From positions 2,228 to 66,227 of the forward strand of contig JAGAKI010000069.1 of the NCBI GenBank assembly GCA_017625695.1: a stretch of 64,000 bases of DNA. Reading direction: 5' to 3'. The translations under genes were made by a program, and so were the position numbers. This document shows positions 55,201-62,788 of the stretch, one piece after another; within the stretch, counting starts at the first letter, position 1; each line of letters begins with the position of its first letter. This DNA is from Clostridia bacterium (GTDB lineage: Bacteria > Bacillota > Clostridia > UMGS1840). The notes below the pieces were generated by a model that was given only the letters and a program-made list of their open reading frames with translations, was not told where the DNA came from and made no database searches.

Positions 55201-58000
55201 CTGTATTTTTAATGGTAATCAGGTTAGCCCCTTCTCTTACATACAAAAATTCCATATCCTGCTGGTCGGCATCTGCCCAACAGAAGGAACCGCTGGTTGC
55301 AGGTTTTAAAATTTCTGCATAGAAGCCGGTATCAGAGGTAATTGCAAAGGTGTTTTCTGCAGTGTCTAAAACACCAATGTAGGGATATACGATACCTGCA
55401 CCGTCTGCGGACATGGTTAATTCATAGGTAACAGCTGCGCCGGGAGACAGGTTTACAAAGTTACCGGTATCATTGGTACCGGTCTGATAGGTACCGTCTG
55501 CTTCCACAAAGTTGTGAATATCAGCAACAGAAACGTGCTGTTCACCGTATGCGGTAAATGCAGTTTCAATTTTAGACATATAGGTCATGCCATAACCGTC
55601 TAAAGCAGTAAAGGTAATGTCAGCGGATAAATCAGAGGTGCTCAGTTTATTCACACCTTTGATCATAAACAAATATTTTACAGTACCGCTGCCGGATAAG
55701 GTTGCGGTGGAACCGTTTTCGTTGATTAAAGTAACGGCTCTGTCGGATGCCACACGGTAGATACCTGCGTTTTCAGCAGTGTAGGTAATGGTGCCAACCG
55801 GTGCATAGGTGGGAACCGGAGGCGGAGTGGGTTCAGGCAATTCAACCGCAATGGTTTTTAAGCTTGCTAAGTTCACCTGGGGACCCCATACTGCGTGGTC
55901 TTTGATTGCGGTTTCTGCAGTTTGAGACAGACGCAAAGAAGCAATGGTTGCAGTATTGGAACCGGTATTGGTAATGGTGATTTGGTTTGCACCTTCTCTT
56001 ACATACAAAAATTCCATATCCTGCTGAGCGGAACCGTCTGCCCAGCAAGTACTCTGCCAACCGGTAGCATCTTTGGTAACCTCTGCATAGAAACCGGTAT
56101 CGGAAGTCAGTTCAAAGGTATGCTGATAGCTATCCTGAACATTGATATAAGGATAAACAATCCCTGCACCGGAAGCACTCACGGTTGCAGTTAAGGTTGC
56201 GGATTCGCCGGCACCAAGATACAGCGTACCGTTCGTTGTTTGTGTGTGACTTTCCGCGTAACAAACAGATTGGGTAACAATCTGATCCATATATGCTAAA
56301 CCATTGCCTTCTAAGTTTGTGAAGGTTAGGGTTGCATCAGTGTTAGTGGTTTCAATTTTATTTACACCTGCAATTAAGTAGATGTATTTGGTTTCGCCTG
56401 CCGCTAGCGTTACGGTAGAACCGGTTTCGTTCGTCAAAGTAACCGCTTTGTCGCTCGTTACCTGATGAACACCTGCATAAAGGGCATTGTAGGTAACAAT
56501 GTCGGCCGCAGGAGTCGGTTCGGGGGTGGGCGTCGGATCGGGTTCTGCCACATAGGGAACAACCTTCAAAGATGCCATATTCATCTGGTCTTTCCAGTAA
56601 TCCGCTTCTGCTAAAACGCCGGTGGTACAAATTTTAACAGCGTACAAGCTAACAGAGGAAGTACCAATATTTTCAATGGTGATTTCCTGTTCACCGTCTC
56701 TTACATAGAGCATTTCAGGATCCTGACGGCCTGCATCTGCCCATGCAGAAGAACTATAGTTAGCAGCAAAATAAATGTCTGCATAGTAGCCGGTATCGGT
56801 GGTCACTCTTACAGTGTTGCCTGCACCGGATGCAGGAGCAATGTAGGGATACACCAAACCTGCATTGATTACATTCGGAGTGTAGGTTGCGGTGTATTTC
56901 TGACCGGGATCCAACGTTACATTGGCAAAGCCGGCAATGGTATCGCCGGTATCGCCGGGAAGAATGGGCTCTTCGGTCATCGTAACTTCGCTGATGTAAT
57001 CTAAACCGTTGCCATCTAATTCGGTTACGGTTAAGGTGATAGTAGTATCAGTGGTTTCAATAATGTTTTCACCTGCGATCAGGTAGAAGTAATCGGTAGC
57101 ACCTGCTGCTAAAGTAACGGTGTGACCGGTTTCGTTGGTCAAGGTTACCGCTTTGTCGCTCGTTACCTGATACACACCTGCATAAGGAGCAGTATAGGTG
57201 ATGGTGGGAGTGGGTTCGGGAGTTGCTTCGGGTTCTGCCACATACGGAACCACTTTCAGAGATGCCATATTCATCTGGTCTTTCCAGTAATTCGCTTCCG
57301 CTAAAACGCCGGTCGTACGAATGCCAACAGAATACAGCGTAACAGAGGAATTACCAATATTTTCAATGGTAATTTCCTGTGCGCCGTCTCTTACATAGAG
57401 CATTTCAGGATCCTGACGGGCTGCATCTGCCCATGCGGAAGAGCTGTAGTTGTAATCCAGATAAACATCTGCATAGTAACCGGTATCTGTGGTTACTCTA
57501 ACAGTGTTGCCTGCACCAACAGCAGGAGCAATGTAGGGATATACCAAACCTGCACTAATTACATTCGGAGTGTAGGTTGCAGTGTATTTCTGACCGGGAG
57601 CTAAAGTCACGTTACTAAAGCCGGCAACGGTATCACCGGTATCGCCGGGAAGAATAGGCTCATTGGTCATTGTAACTTGGCTGATGGAATCCAAACCGTT
57701 TCCGTCTAATGCGGTAAAGGTCAGGTTTGCGGATGCACTGCTTTTGGTAAGATTGTTGTTGCCTTGAATCAGGTAGAAGTAATCACTAATACCTGCTTTT
57801 AAGGTAACGGTATGCCCGGTTTCGTTGGTCAAGGTAACTGCTTTATCAGAAGTTACCTGATACACACCTGCATAAGGTGCATCGGTGTACGAGATGATTT
57901 CACTTGCTGCTGCAGTCATTGGTATCAACGCTACCAATAGGCTGCTCATCATGGTGCAAACCACAAGGAATGAAAGTAGTTTTTTAAAGCTTGTTTGCAT
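52259..58000 (-). CDS. giant secreted protein: 4 x about 230-aa CBM-like repeats + CBM-like module + helical module + Ig-like + right-handed beta-helix C-terminal domain (paralog 1)
   Basis: 1913 aa with RBS AAGGAGGG and signal peptide ...LIPMTAAAS. Beta-helix-type repeats with HHNDI, GWGWG and VDNNIFRR blocks. Confidence 0.8.
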   Translation of the reverse strand: MQTSFKKLLSFLVVCTMMSSLLVALIPMTAAASEIISYTDAPYAGVYQVTSDKAVTLTNETGHTVTLKAGISDYFYLIQGNNNLTKSSASANLTFTALDGNGLDSISQVTMTNEPILPGDTGDTVAGFSNVTLAPGQKYTATYTPNVISAGLVYPYIAPAVGAGNTVRVTTDTGYYADVYLDYNYSSSAWADAARQDPEMLYVRDGAQEITIENIGNSSVTLYSVGIRTTGVLAEANYWKDQMNMASLKVVPYVAEPEATPEPTPTITYTAPYAGVYQVTSDKAVTLTNETGHTVTLAAGATDYFYLIAGENIIETTDTTITLTVTELDGNGLDYISEVTMTEEPILPGDTGDTIAGFANVTLDPGQKYTATYTPNVINAGLVYPYIAPASGAGNTVRVTTDTGYYADIYFAANYSSSAWADAGRQDPEMLYVRDGEQEITIENIGTSSVSLYAVKICTTGVLAEADYWKDQMNMASLKVVPYVAEPDPTPTPEPTPAADIVTYNALYAGVHQVTSDKAVTLTNETGSTVTLAAGETKYIYLIAGVNKIETTNTDATLTFTNLEGNGLAYMDQIVTQSVCYAESHTQTTNGTLYLGAGESATLTATVSASGAGIVYPYINVQDSYQHTFELTSDTGFYAEVTKDATGWQSTCWADGSAQQDMEFLYVREGANQITITNTGSNTATIASLRLSQTAETAIKDHAVWGPQVNLASLKTIAVELPEPTPPPVPTYAPVGTITYTAENAGIYRVASDRAVTLINENGSTATLSGSGTVKYLFMIKGVNKLSTSDLSADITFTALDGYGMTYMSKIETAFTAYGEQHVSVADIHNFVEADGTYQTGTNDTGNFVNLSPGAAVTYELTMSADGAGIVYPYIGVLDTAENTFAITSDTGFYAEILKPATSGSFCWADADQQDMEFLYVREGANLITIKNTGSSIATLTALRLSMTDGEDSLADHEVWGPQMNLQNLKVDTGSSSSAPTATPVPELPDVSNTNLYTVIEAETAGNVATYNGKDVLAIKSESIASYTVEVSEDTIYNLNLVGAAWKDVNFDLYVDDVFVDYLTMHFQNDRTDSAWAYLQEEVAQLYLTAGTHTLKFVFYCDSFYFDSIVLEDTNSMAYHLIHDFENVTTAEGAFDLLEQYGEAANIDVNADTVNHVYAPMSFWKMVAQKYETAAEMLEAYNECIVDPTVIVKDSSGQEVDALPAGTAYVSANCMHIPSDTSMVAAVYNGNKLVAISALTREGDVATASFTNLGAGCTLKVLTFSHMDDAKPYAKDVYATPYREIYVSTGGKSTNAGTKEAPVNNLANALKIVKTINNDMTGDIIVNVAPGTYKSSVAIEIDPTMGGKNGHKVIIRAEDPDNKPVISGGEDLTGKWTKVDGENYWVASTTTRETRALFVNGYQATMARSDGWYRGVEISPAEPKNDAHVADGILVSSYGNADFPQGLDQQTATQQSRMQIVFSLQWANHRFPIDSIEYNSTNGNVSIYTTYPYYNAFCIDGLHTSTITPTAGSGFYLENSLLLLDQPGEFYFDKETRKMYYYPYAQEDMNTIETWCATTDRMMSITGIGSANKVTNLEFDGIAFRYGGYDDITVKGAAFNQTEEWRLGSETYYGSHIFPGQIWVNYADSLVFKNCEFGSMGSSAIILEEGVSNSQITGSYFHDLAGTGVVLGDYRDGNAASSTTERCQNIEVDNNIFRRTAQEFQGLTAISVYYVGNANIHHNDIKDTSYSGIVIGWGWGYDDPADCGNHIISYNKIDDVMQTMGDGAHIYTLGNLRGTQINDNYVIDPGQVKAPGIYFDQGTGYTFVCDNVVTEAYTTTTDYWFFARQYVNINNCFAGYNHTDGRNPARIYGSNATNTNEVALQGNNYRVSSYDTTAQKIMAEAGLEDKTRLEDIDTYPTWRTMRMLDVPQD
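55076..57898 (-). repeat. intragenic array of four about 230-245-aa repeats; units 1-2 nearly identical
   Basis: YAGVYQVTSDKAVTLTNETGHTVTL recurs at aa 43 and 273 (manual count). Nucleotide blocks around 57230-57320 and 56540-56630 are almost the same. Confidence 0.85.
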
Positions 58001-58061
58001 GTTTTGAACCCTCCTTAAGATGTAAAAACACAGTAGATTGCGCGGGGTTTTATTTTTTTGT

Positions 58062-58097
58062 TTCCGGAATATGCCAATTCTTTGGCATATTCCGGAA
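58062..58097. other. perfect 16-bp inverted repeat hairpin between paralogs 1 and 2
   Basis: TTCCGGAATATGCCAA-ttct-TTGGCATATTCCGGAA. T-runs flank it on the plus strand only. Confidence 0.8.
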
Positions 58098-58111
58098 TAT
58101 TTTTATTGCAA

Positions 58112-61100
58112 TTATTCGTCTGCGGGAACGTCCAGCATACGCATGGTTCTCCAGGACGGATAGTAATCCACGTTCTGAAGTTCCGTCTGATTGTCAACAC
58201 CTGCTTCAGACATAATTCTCTGTGCAGATAAAGACCAGCTGGTAACATTTACGTTATTGTTTTCCATGGTCACAGCATTGCTTGCGAAACCGTAAGAACC
58301 GTTTGCAGAAGGCATCGGACCGTCAGTGTGGTTATAAGAACCGTAACAGTCTGCAATGTCAACATATCTTCTTGCAAACAACCAACGGTCGTCGGAAGCT
58401 TTTGCATCGGTGAACACGTTATCGCTGAAGTACAGATCCTGAGTTGCCTGGTCAAGGTACAGACCGCTCTTTAACAGATTACCCGGGTCGATAAAGTAGT
58501 TATCGTTAATCTGGTTGTAGCCCTGCAAACCAACGGTGTAGATATGAGAACCATCATTCATAGTCTGCATTACATCTTCAATCTTATTGTAAGCCACAAC
58601 GTTGTTTCCGCAATCGTCGGGTAATGCTGCACCCCAGCCCCAACCAACGGAAATACCGGTGTAGGGCATATCTGCGATGTCATTGTGATGAACTTTGGAA
58701 TCACCGGTGTAGTACATTGCTATTGCGGTGGTACCTAAGAATTCCTGTGCACAACGGCGGAAGATGTTGTTGTCTACTTCAATATGGGTAGAACGCTGTT
58801 TATCGGTAGACATATTCACATCGTGTAAGAAGTTTCCGACTACAACACCGGTACCGGAAATATCGTGGAAGGAGCTTCCGGTTACACGGCAGTTGGTGTC
58901 CCCTTCTTCAAAGAGAACTGCACTGGAGCCTAAGTTTGCAAATTCACAGTTTTTAAATACTACGCTATCAGCATAGTTTAAGGTAACCTGTGCAGGGAAC
59001 ATATAGCTTCCGTACCAGATTTCGCCGCCTAAACGGAGTTCGTCTGCCTGGTTGAAAGCTGCACCGTTGGTGGTAGCATCATCATAAGCACCGTGCTGGA
59101 AGGAAATACCGTCAAATTCGATGTTTGATACCTTGTTGGTAGCGCTAACACCGGTAATAGTCATCAGACCATCGGTTACTGCACAGAAGGTTTCTGCAGT
59201 GTTCATGTTTTCTTCCGGATAAGGATAGTAATACATCTTACGATTGGTTTTATCGAAGAAGAATTCACCGGGTTCATCTAAAAGATCCATAGAGTTTTCT
59301 AAGTAGAAGGAACCGGTAGGCTGAATGGTAGTGGTGGTAGCATCATCATTTAAGAAGATGTGGTATCTGGGGAACGGAATGTATACATATGCGTATTCAT
59401 AACCGTAGTAATCAGCATAGACTACTTTTTCCACAGGGAAACGATGGTTTGCCCAGTTTTTCTGGAATACTACCTGAAGTCTGGTATCGTCAGCTAAGGT
59501 TCTGGGGAAGTCGGTATCCCACTGTTCAATATTAACCAGGAAGCCGTCTGCAACATGCACATCATTTACCGGACTTTCGGGAGTAATGACATCATCAGCA
59601 ATATACCAGCCGCTGCTTCGTGCCATAGTTGCCTGATAGCCGTTTACATATAATGCTCTGGTTTCACGGGTGGTGGTAGATGCTACCCAGTAATCTTCGC
59701 CGGAAACCTTAGACCATTTACCGGTTAAGGGTTCCCCACCGGATAAAATGGGACGGTTGTTGGGATCCTCTGCTTTGATGATAACTTTGTAACCGTTCAT
59801 ACCGCCCATGTTCTGGTCAATTGCGATGGTGGTATTGCTGCGGTAGGTACCGGGAGCAATGTGCACCACGATATCGCCGGTCATGGTGGTATTGTATGCT
59901 TTAACCTTGGTTAATGCCTGAGCGAGGGTTGCCACGGGAGTTTCCGGAGTCAGACCGTCGTTGGAGGATTTACCGGTCGTTGCTACATAAATATCTTTAT
60001 AAACACCAACAGAATAGTAGGGTTTTGCTTCTTCCATATCGGAGAACACCATAATTTTTACCTGGCTCTGGGTGGTTAAACCGGTTAAGGTACAGGTAAC
60101 GGTGGTGGAGGTGCTCTTTAAGGTGTTTAAGTTGCCTGCCATTTTGCTTCCCTGATATTCTGCCACAACAATGGTAGAATTTGCAGGCATATTGGAGGTG
60201 TTGATAATCAGTCTTGCAGTGCCGGTAGGTAAGCTGCTTACCGGAGTGTTGGAAGAATTGTATAACTTCACAGTGGGGCTGGAAGCCTCGGTGGAAATGA
60301 TGGAGTTATAAGTGGAAAGCATATCATCTAAAGATTCAAAATCCTTGCCAACCATGGGCCAGAAGGACATCTGGGGATAGAAGATATTTGCAGTATCATT
60401 TACCACGTTGATGCCAAGCAGGGAGCCATATTCCACTAAAAGATTGTATGCTTCCTGAGAGGTGGTGGCATCTTTGAAGCCATATAACAGGTGATAGGTT
60501 CTGCTGCTGGTGTTTTCCAGACGGAAATCATCAAAGTAGAACACATCACAGAAATAGGTAAACTGAAGGGTATGAGTACCTGCAGTTAAATTCATGGAGT
60601 AGATTTTTTCAGTCTGCAGCGGATAGGAATCTTCTTTATGCAGATTGAAATGCATGGTTTCGTAAGACAAATAGGTTTCGTCAACGGTGATGTCTACGGA
60701 AACGTCTTTCCATGCAGCACCTCTTAAATACAGGTTATACACACCGGTATCAGGAACGGTAATGGTATAAGTAGAGGTGGATTCGTTGGTAGCGGTAATA
60801 ACTGTCGCACCGCCGTGAGATCCCTGAGTGGTACCGCTCTGAGAGGTGTAGCTTTCTGCTTCGGTAATAATCATATATTCAGAATCGGTGATGTTGGGAG
60901 TTGCAGTGGGAGTGGGAGTTACCACAGGTTCTGCCGGCATGGAAGATACCGGTTTTACAAAGCTGATATAAGACATGGAGTCATATCCGGTGGCATTTAA
61001 ATAACCGTAATCTATGGTAGATAAAATCACCGAATTAGCACCAATATTTTTTAAGGTAAAGGTATTTGCACCTTCGGTAAAGTACATGGGCTGGTCAATC

Positions 61101-62710
61101 TGAACACCATCCTGATTGGTCCAGCCGGTGGCGGTCAGATTAAAGTCCGCATAGTAATCACCTGCGATCATACGAACGGTGGTGGGACTGCTGATAGAAG
61201 CAACTTCCAGCTGAACACCGTAAACACCGCTGTAAGGTGCGTTGAAAGTGTAAGTTCCCCATTCACCGTTCGCCATGGTGAAACTATCGCCGTTGATATG
61301 GTTGCTCTGTGCGTAATATTCACCGCTGAAGCTGGTTGCGGGCACTTCACCGCTGTAACCGCCAAATGCAGGTTCTAATTTTACGTTACCAATCCAGGTG
61401 GTTACCTGAGTGGGAGTAGAAGTGGGAGTAGGAGTTGCGGTAGGAGTAGCAGTAGGTGCTACGGTAGGAGTCGGAGTTGCGGTGGGAGTTGCAGTAGGTG
61501 CCACGGTAGGAGTCGGAGTCGGGGTGGGAGCAACTGCAAATTTTACAAATTCCAGATAATCCAGAGTTTTGTCTGCACCGGAAGCATCCAGTCTTCCGAA
61601 GTCGATGGAAGAAACGGTTGCATTGTAATCACCGCGTAATTCTAATTTAAAGGTGTTAGTGCCTTCTTTTAAGTAGATAGGCTGGTCCTGTAAACAACCG
61701 GAGCTCCATCCCATGGTGGTCACGGCATATTCTGCACCGTATCCATCTTCAGTGGTCACATACCAGTTTACGGGAGTACCGTTGGACCATTCGGTGCGGA
61801 TCTGCATTGCATACACACCGGTATAAGGCATATCCACAGTGATATATGCCCAGTCCCCTTTTACCATGGTAAAGGCACCGTTTGCAGCAAAGGGAGCACC
61901 GGAGGTTGCCTGATAGTCAGTACCTGCAACAGCAGCATCACCGTTACGGATTGCACCTTTAATGTTTTCCACGGTAGAAGTATAACCGTTTTTATAAGTC
62001 TCCGGCAAATCCCCATAGGCACCGGGCCAGGTTAAGGGAGCCTCGGTGGGAGTGGGAGTTTCGGTAGGTTCGGGAGTTTCAGTCGGTTCCGGAGTTGCGG
62101 TAGGTTCCGGTAAATCAGCAGTCTGTTTTACCAGAGGCAGGAAATCCAAAGAAGATTCTGCGCCCTGAGCATCCAGACGGCCTAAGTCCCAAGCACCTAA
62201 CATCGCATTGCCGGGACCAATACATTCAATGGTAATGATATTGGTACCTTCCTCCAGATAGAGGGGCTGGTCCTGTAAACAACCGGAGCTCCAGCTGGTG
62301 TCGGTAATGCTGTAGTCTGCATAGTAGCCATGTTCGGTGGTTACACGGTAGCCGGTAGAAGAACCGCTATACCAGTCGGTGCGAAGCTGGAATGCATACA
62401 CGCCGGTATAGGGCACTGTGAGTTCATATTTGCCCCAGTTCCCCACAACCATAACGAACTCGCCGTTGGCGCCAAAGGGAGAGGATGAGGTTGCAACATA
62501 GTCGGTGCCGGCTACGGAAGATCCGTCAGCACCGCTTTTGGTAAAAGTAGTCATAGCGTAATGTTCGCCCACATAACCGTTGGTATAACCGGCTAAATCG
62601 CCGAATTTACCGGTCCAGGTGGGAGCCGCACTTACGGGGAATGTCATCATACTGCCAATCATCGCAATCAGCAGGCAGATAGATAGCAGCTTTCTGAATT
62701 CGATTTTCAA
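58112..62710 (-). CDS. giant secreted protein: 3 x about 170-190-aa CBM-like repeats with PT linkers + shared central and beta-helix modules (paralog 2)
   Basis: Start moved to TTG 62710, 7 nt after AAGGAGGA, giving the signal peptide (M)KIEFRKLLSICLLIAMIGSMMTFPVSA. The C-terminal about 630 aa is collinear with paralog 1. Confidence 0.8.
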   Translation of the reverse strand: MKIEFRKLLSICLLIAMIGSMMTFPVSAAPTWTGKFGDLAGYTNGYVGEHYAMTTFTKSGADGSSVAGTDYVATSSSPFGANGEFVMVVGNWGKYELTVPYTGVYAFQLRTDWYSGSSTGYRVTTEHGYYADYSITDTSWSSGCLQDQPLYLEEGTNIITIECIGPGNAMLGAWDLGRLDAQGAESSLDFLPLVKQTADLPEPTATPEPTETPEPTETPTPTEAPLTWPGAYGDLPETYKNGYTSTVENIKGAIRNGDAAVAGTDYQATSGAPFAANGAFTMVKGDWAYITVDMPYTGVYAMQIRTEWSNGTPVNWYVTTEDGYGAEYAVTTMGWSSGCLQDQPIYLKEGTNTFKLELRGDYNATVSSIDFGRLDASGADKTLDYLEFVKFAVAPTPTPTPTVAPTATPTATPTPTVAPTATPTATPTPTSTPTQVTTWIGNVKLEPAFGGYSGEVPATSFSGEYYAQSNHINGDSFTMANGEWGTYTFNAPYSGVYGVQLEVASISSPTTVRMIAGDYYADFNLTATGWTNQDGVQIDQPMYFTEGANTFTLKNIGANSVILSTIDYGYLNATGYDSMSYISFVKPVSSMPAEPVVTPTPTATPNITDSEYMIITEAESYTSQSGTTQGSHGGATVITATNESTSTYTITVPDTGVYNLYLRGAAWKDVSVDITVDETYLSYETMHFNLHKEDSYPLQTEKIYSMNLTAGTHTLQFTYFCDVFYFDDFRLENTSSRTYHLLYGFKDATTSQEAYNLLVEYGSLLGINVVNDTANIFYPQMSFWPMVGKDFESLDDMLSTYNSIISTEASSPTVKLYNSSNTPVSSLPTGTARLIINTSNMPANSTIVVAEYQGSKMAGNLNTLKSTSTTVTCTLTGLTTQSQVKIMVFSDMEEAKPYYSVGVYKDIYVATTGKSSNDGLTPETPVATLAQALTKVKAYNTTMTGDIVVHIAPGTYRSNTTIAIDQNMGGMNGYKVIIKAEDPNNRPILSGGEPLTGKWSKVSGEDYWVASTTTRETRALYVNGYQATMARSSGWYIADDVITPESPVNDVHVADGFLVNIEQWDTDFPRTLADDTRLQVVFQKNWANHRFPVEKVVYADYYGYEYAYVYIPFPRYHIFLNDDATTTTIQPTGSFYLENSMDLLDEPGEFFFDKTNRKMYYYPYPEENMNTAETFCAVTDGLMTITGVSATNKVSNIEFDGISFQHGAYDDATTNGAAFNQADELRLGGEIWYGSYMFPAQVTLNYADSVVFKNCEFANLGSSAVLFEEGDTNCRVTGSSFHDISGTGVVVGNFLHDVNMSTDKQRSTHIEVDNNIFRRCAQEFLGTTAIAMYYTGDSKVHHNDIADMPYTGISVGWGWGAALPDDCGNNVVAYNKIEDVMQTMNDGSHIYTVGLQGYNQINDNYFIDPGNLLKSGLYLDQATQDLYFSDNVFTDAKASDDRWLFARRYVDIADCYGSYNHTDGPMPSANGSYGFASNAVTMENNNVNVTSWSLSAQRIMSEAGVDNQTELQNVDYYPSWRTMRMLDVPADE
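60944..62626 (-). repeat. intragenic array of three diverged CBM-like repeats separated by Pro/Thr linkers
   Basis: Recurring PYTGVYA(F/M)Q(L/I)RT..., SSGCLQDQP(L/I)YL(E/K)EGTN and GRLDA(Q/S)GA blocks. Confidence 0.8.
61430..61513 (-). repeat. 42-bp x 2 tandem duplication inside the PT linker
   Basis: GGAGTTGCGGT(A/G)GGAGT(A/T)GCAGTAGGTGC(T/C)ACGGTAGGAGTC occurs twice back to back, encoding PTVAPTATPTATPT x 2. Confidence 0.9.
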
Positions 62711-62788
62711 TGATAAGTCCTCCTTCAAACGATAATCGTTTGTATTTTATATGCCGGACAAAGATTAGCAGGTCCGGACAGTTCAGTA

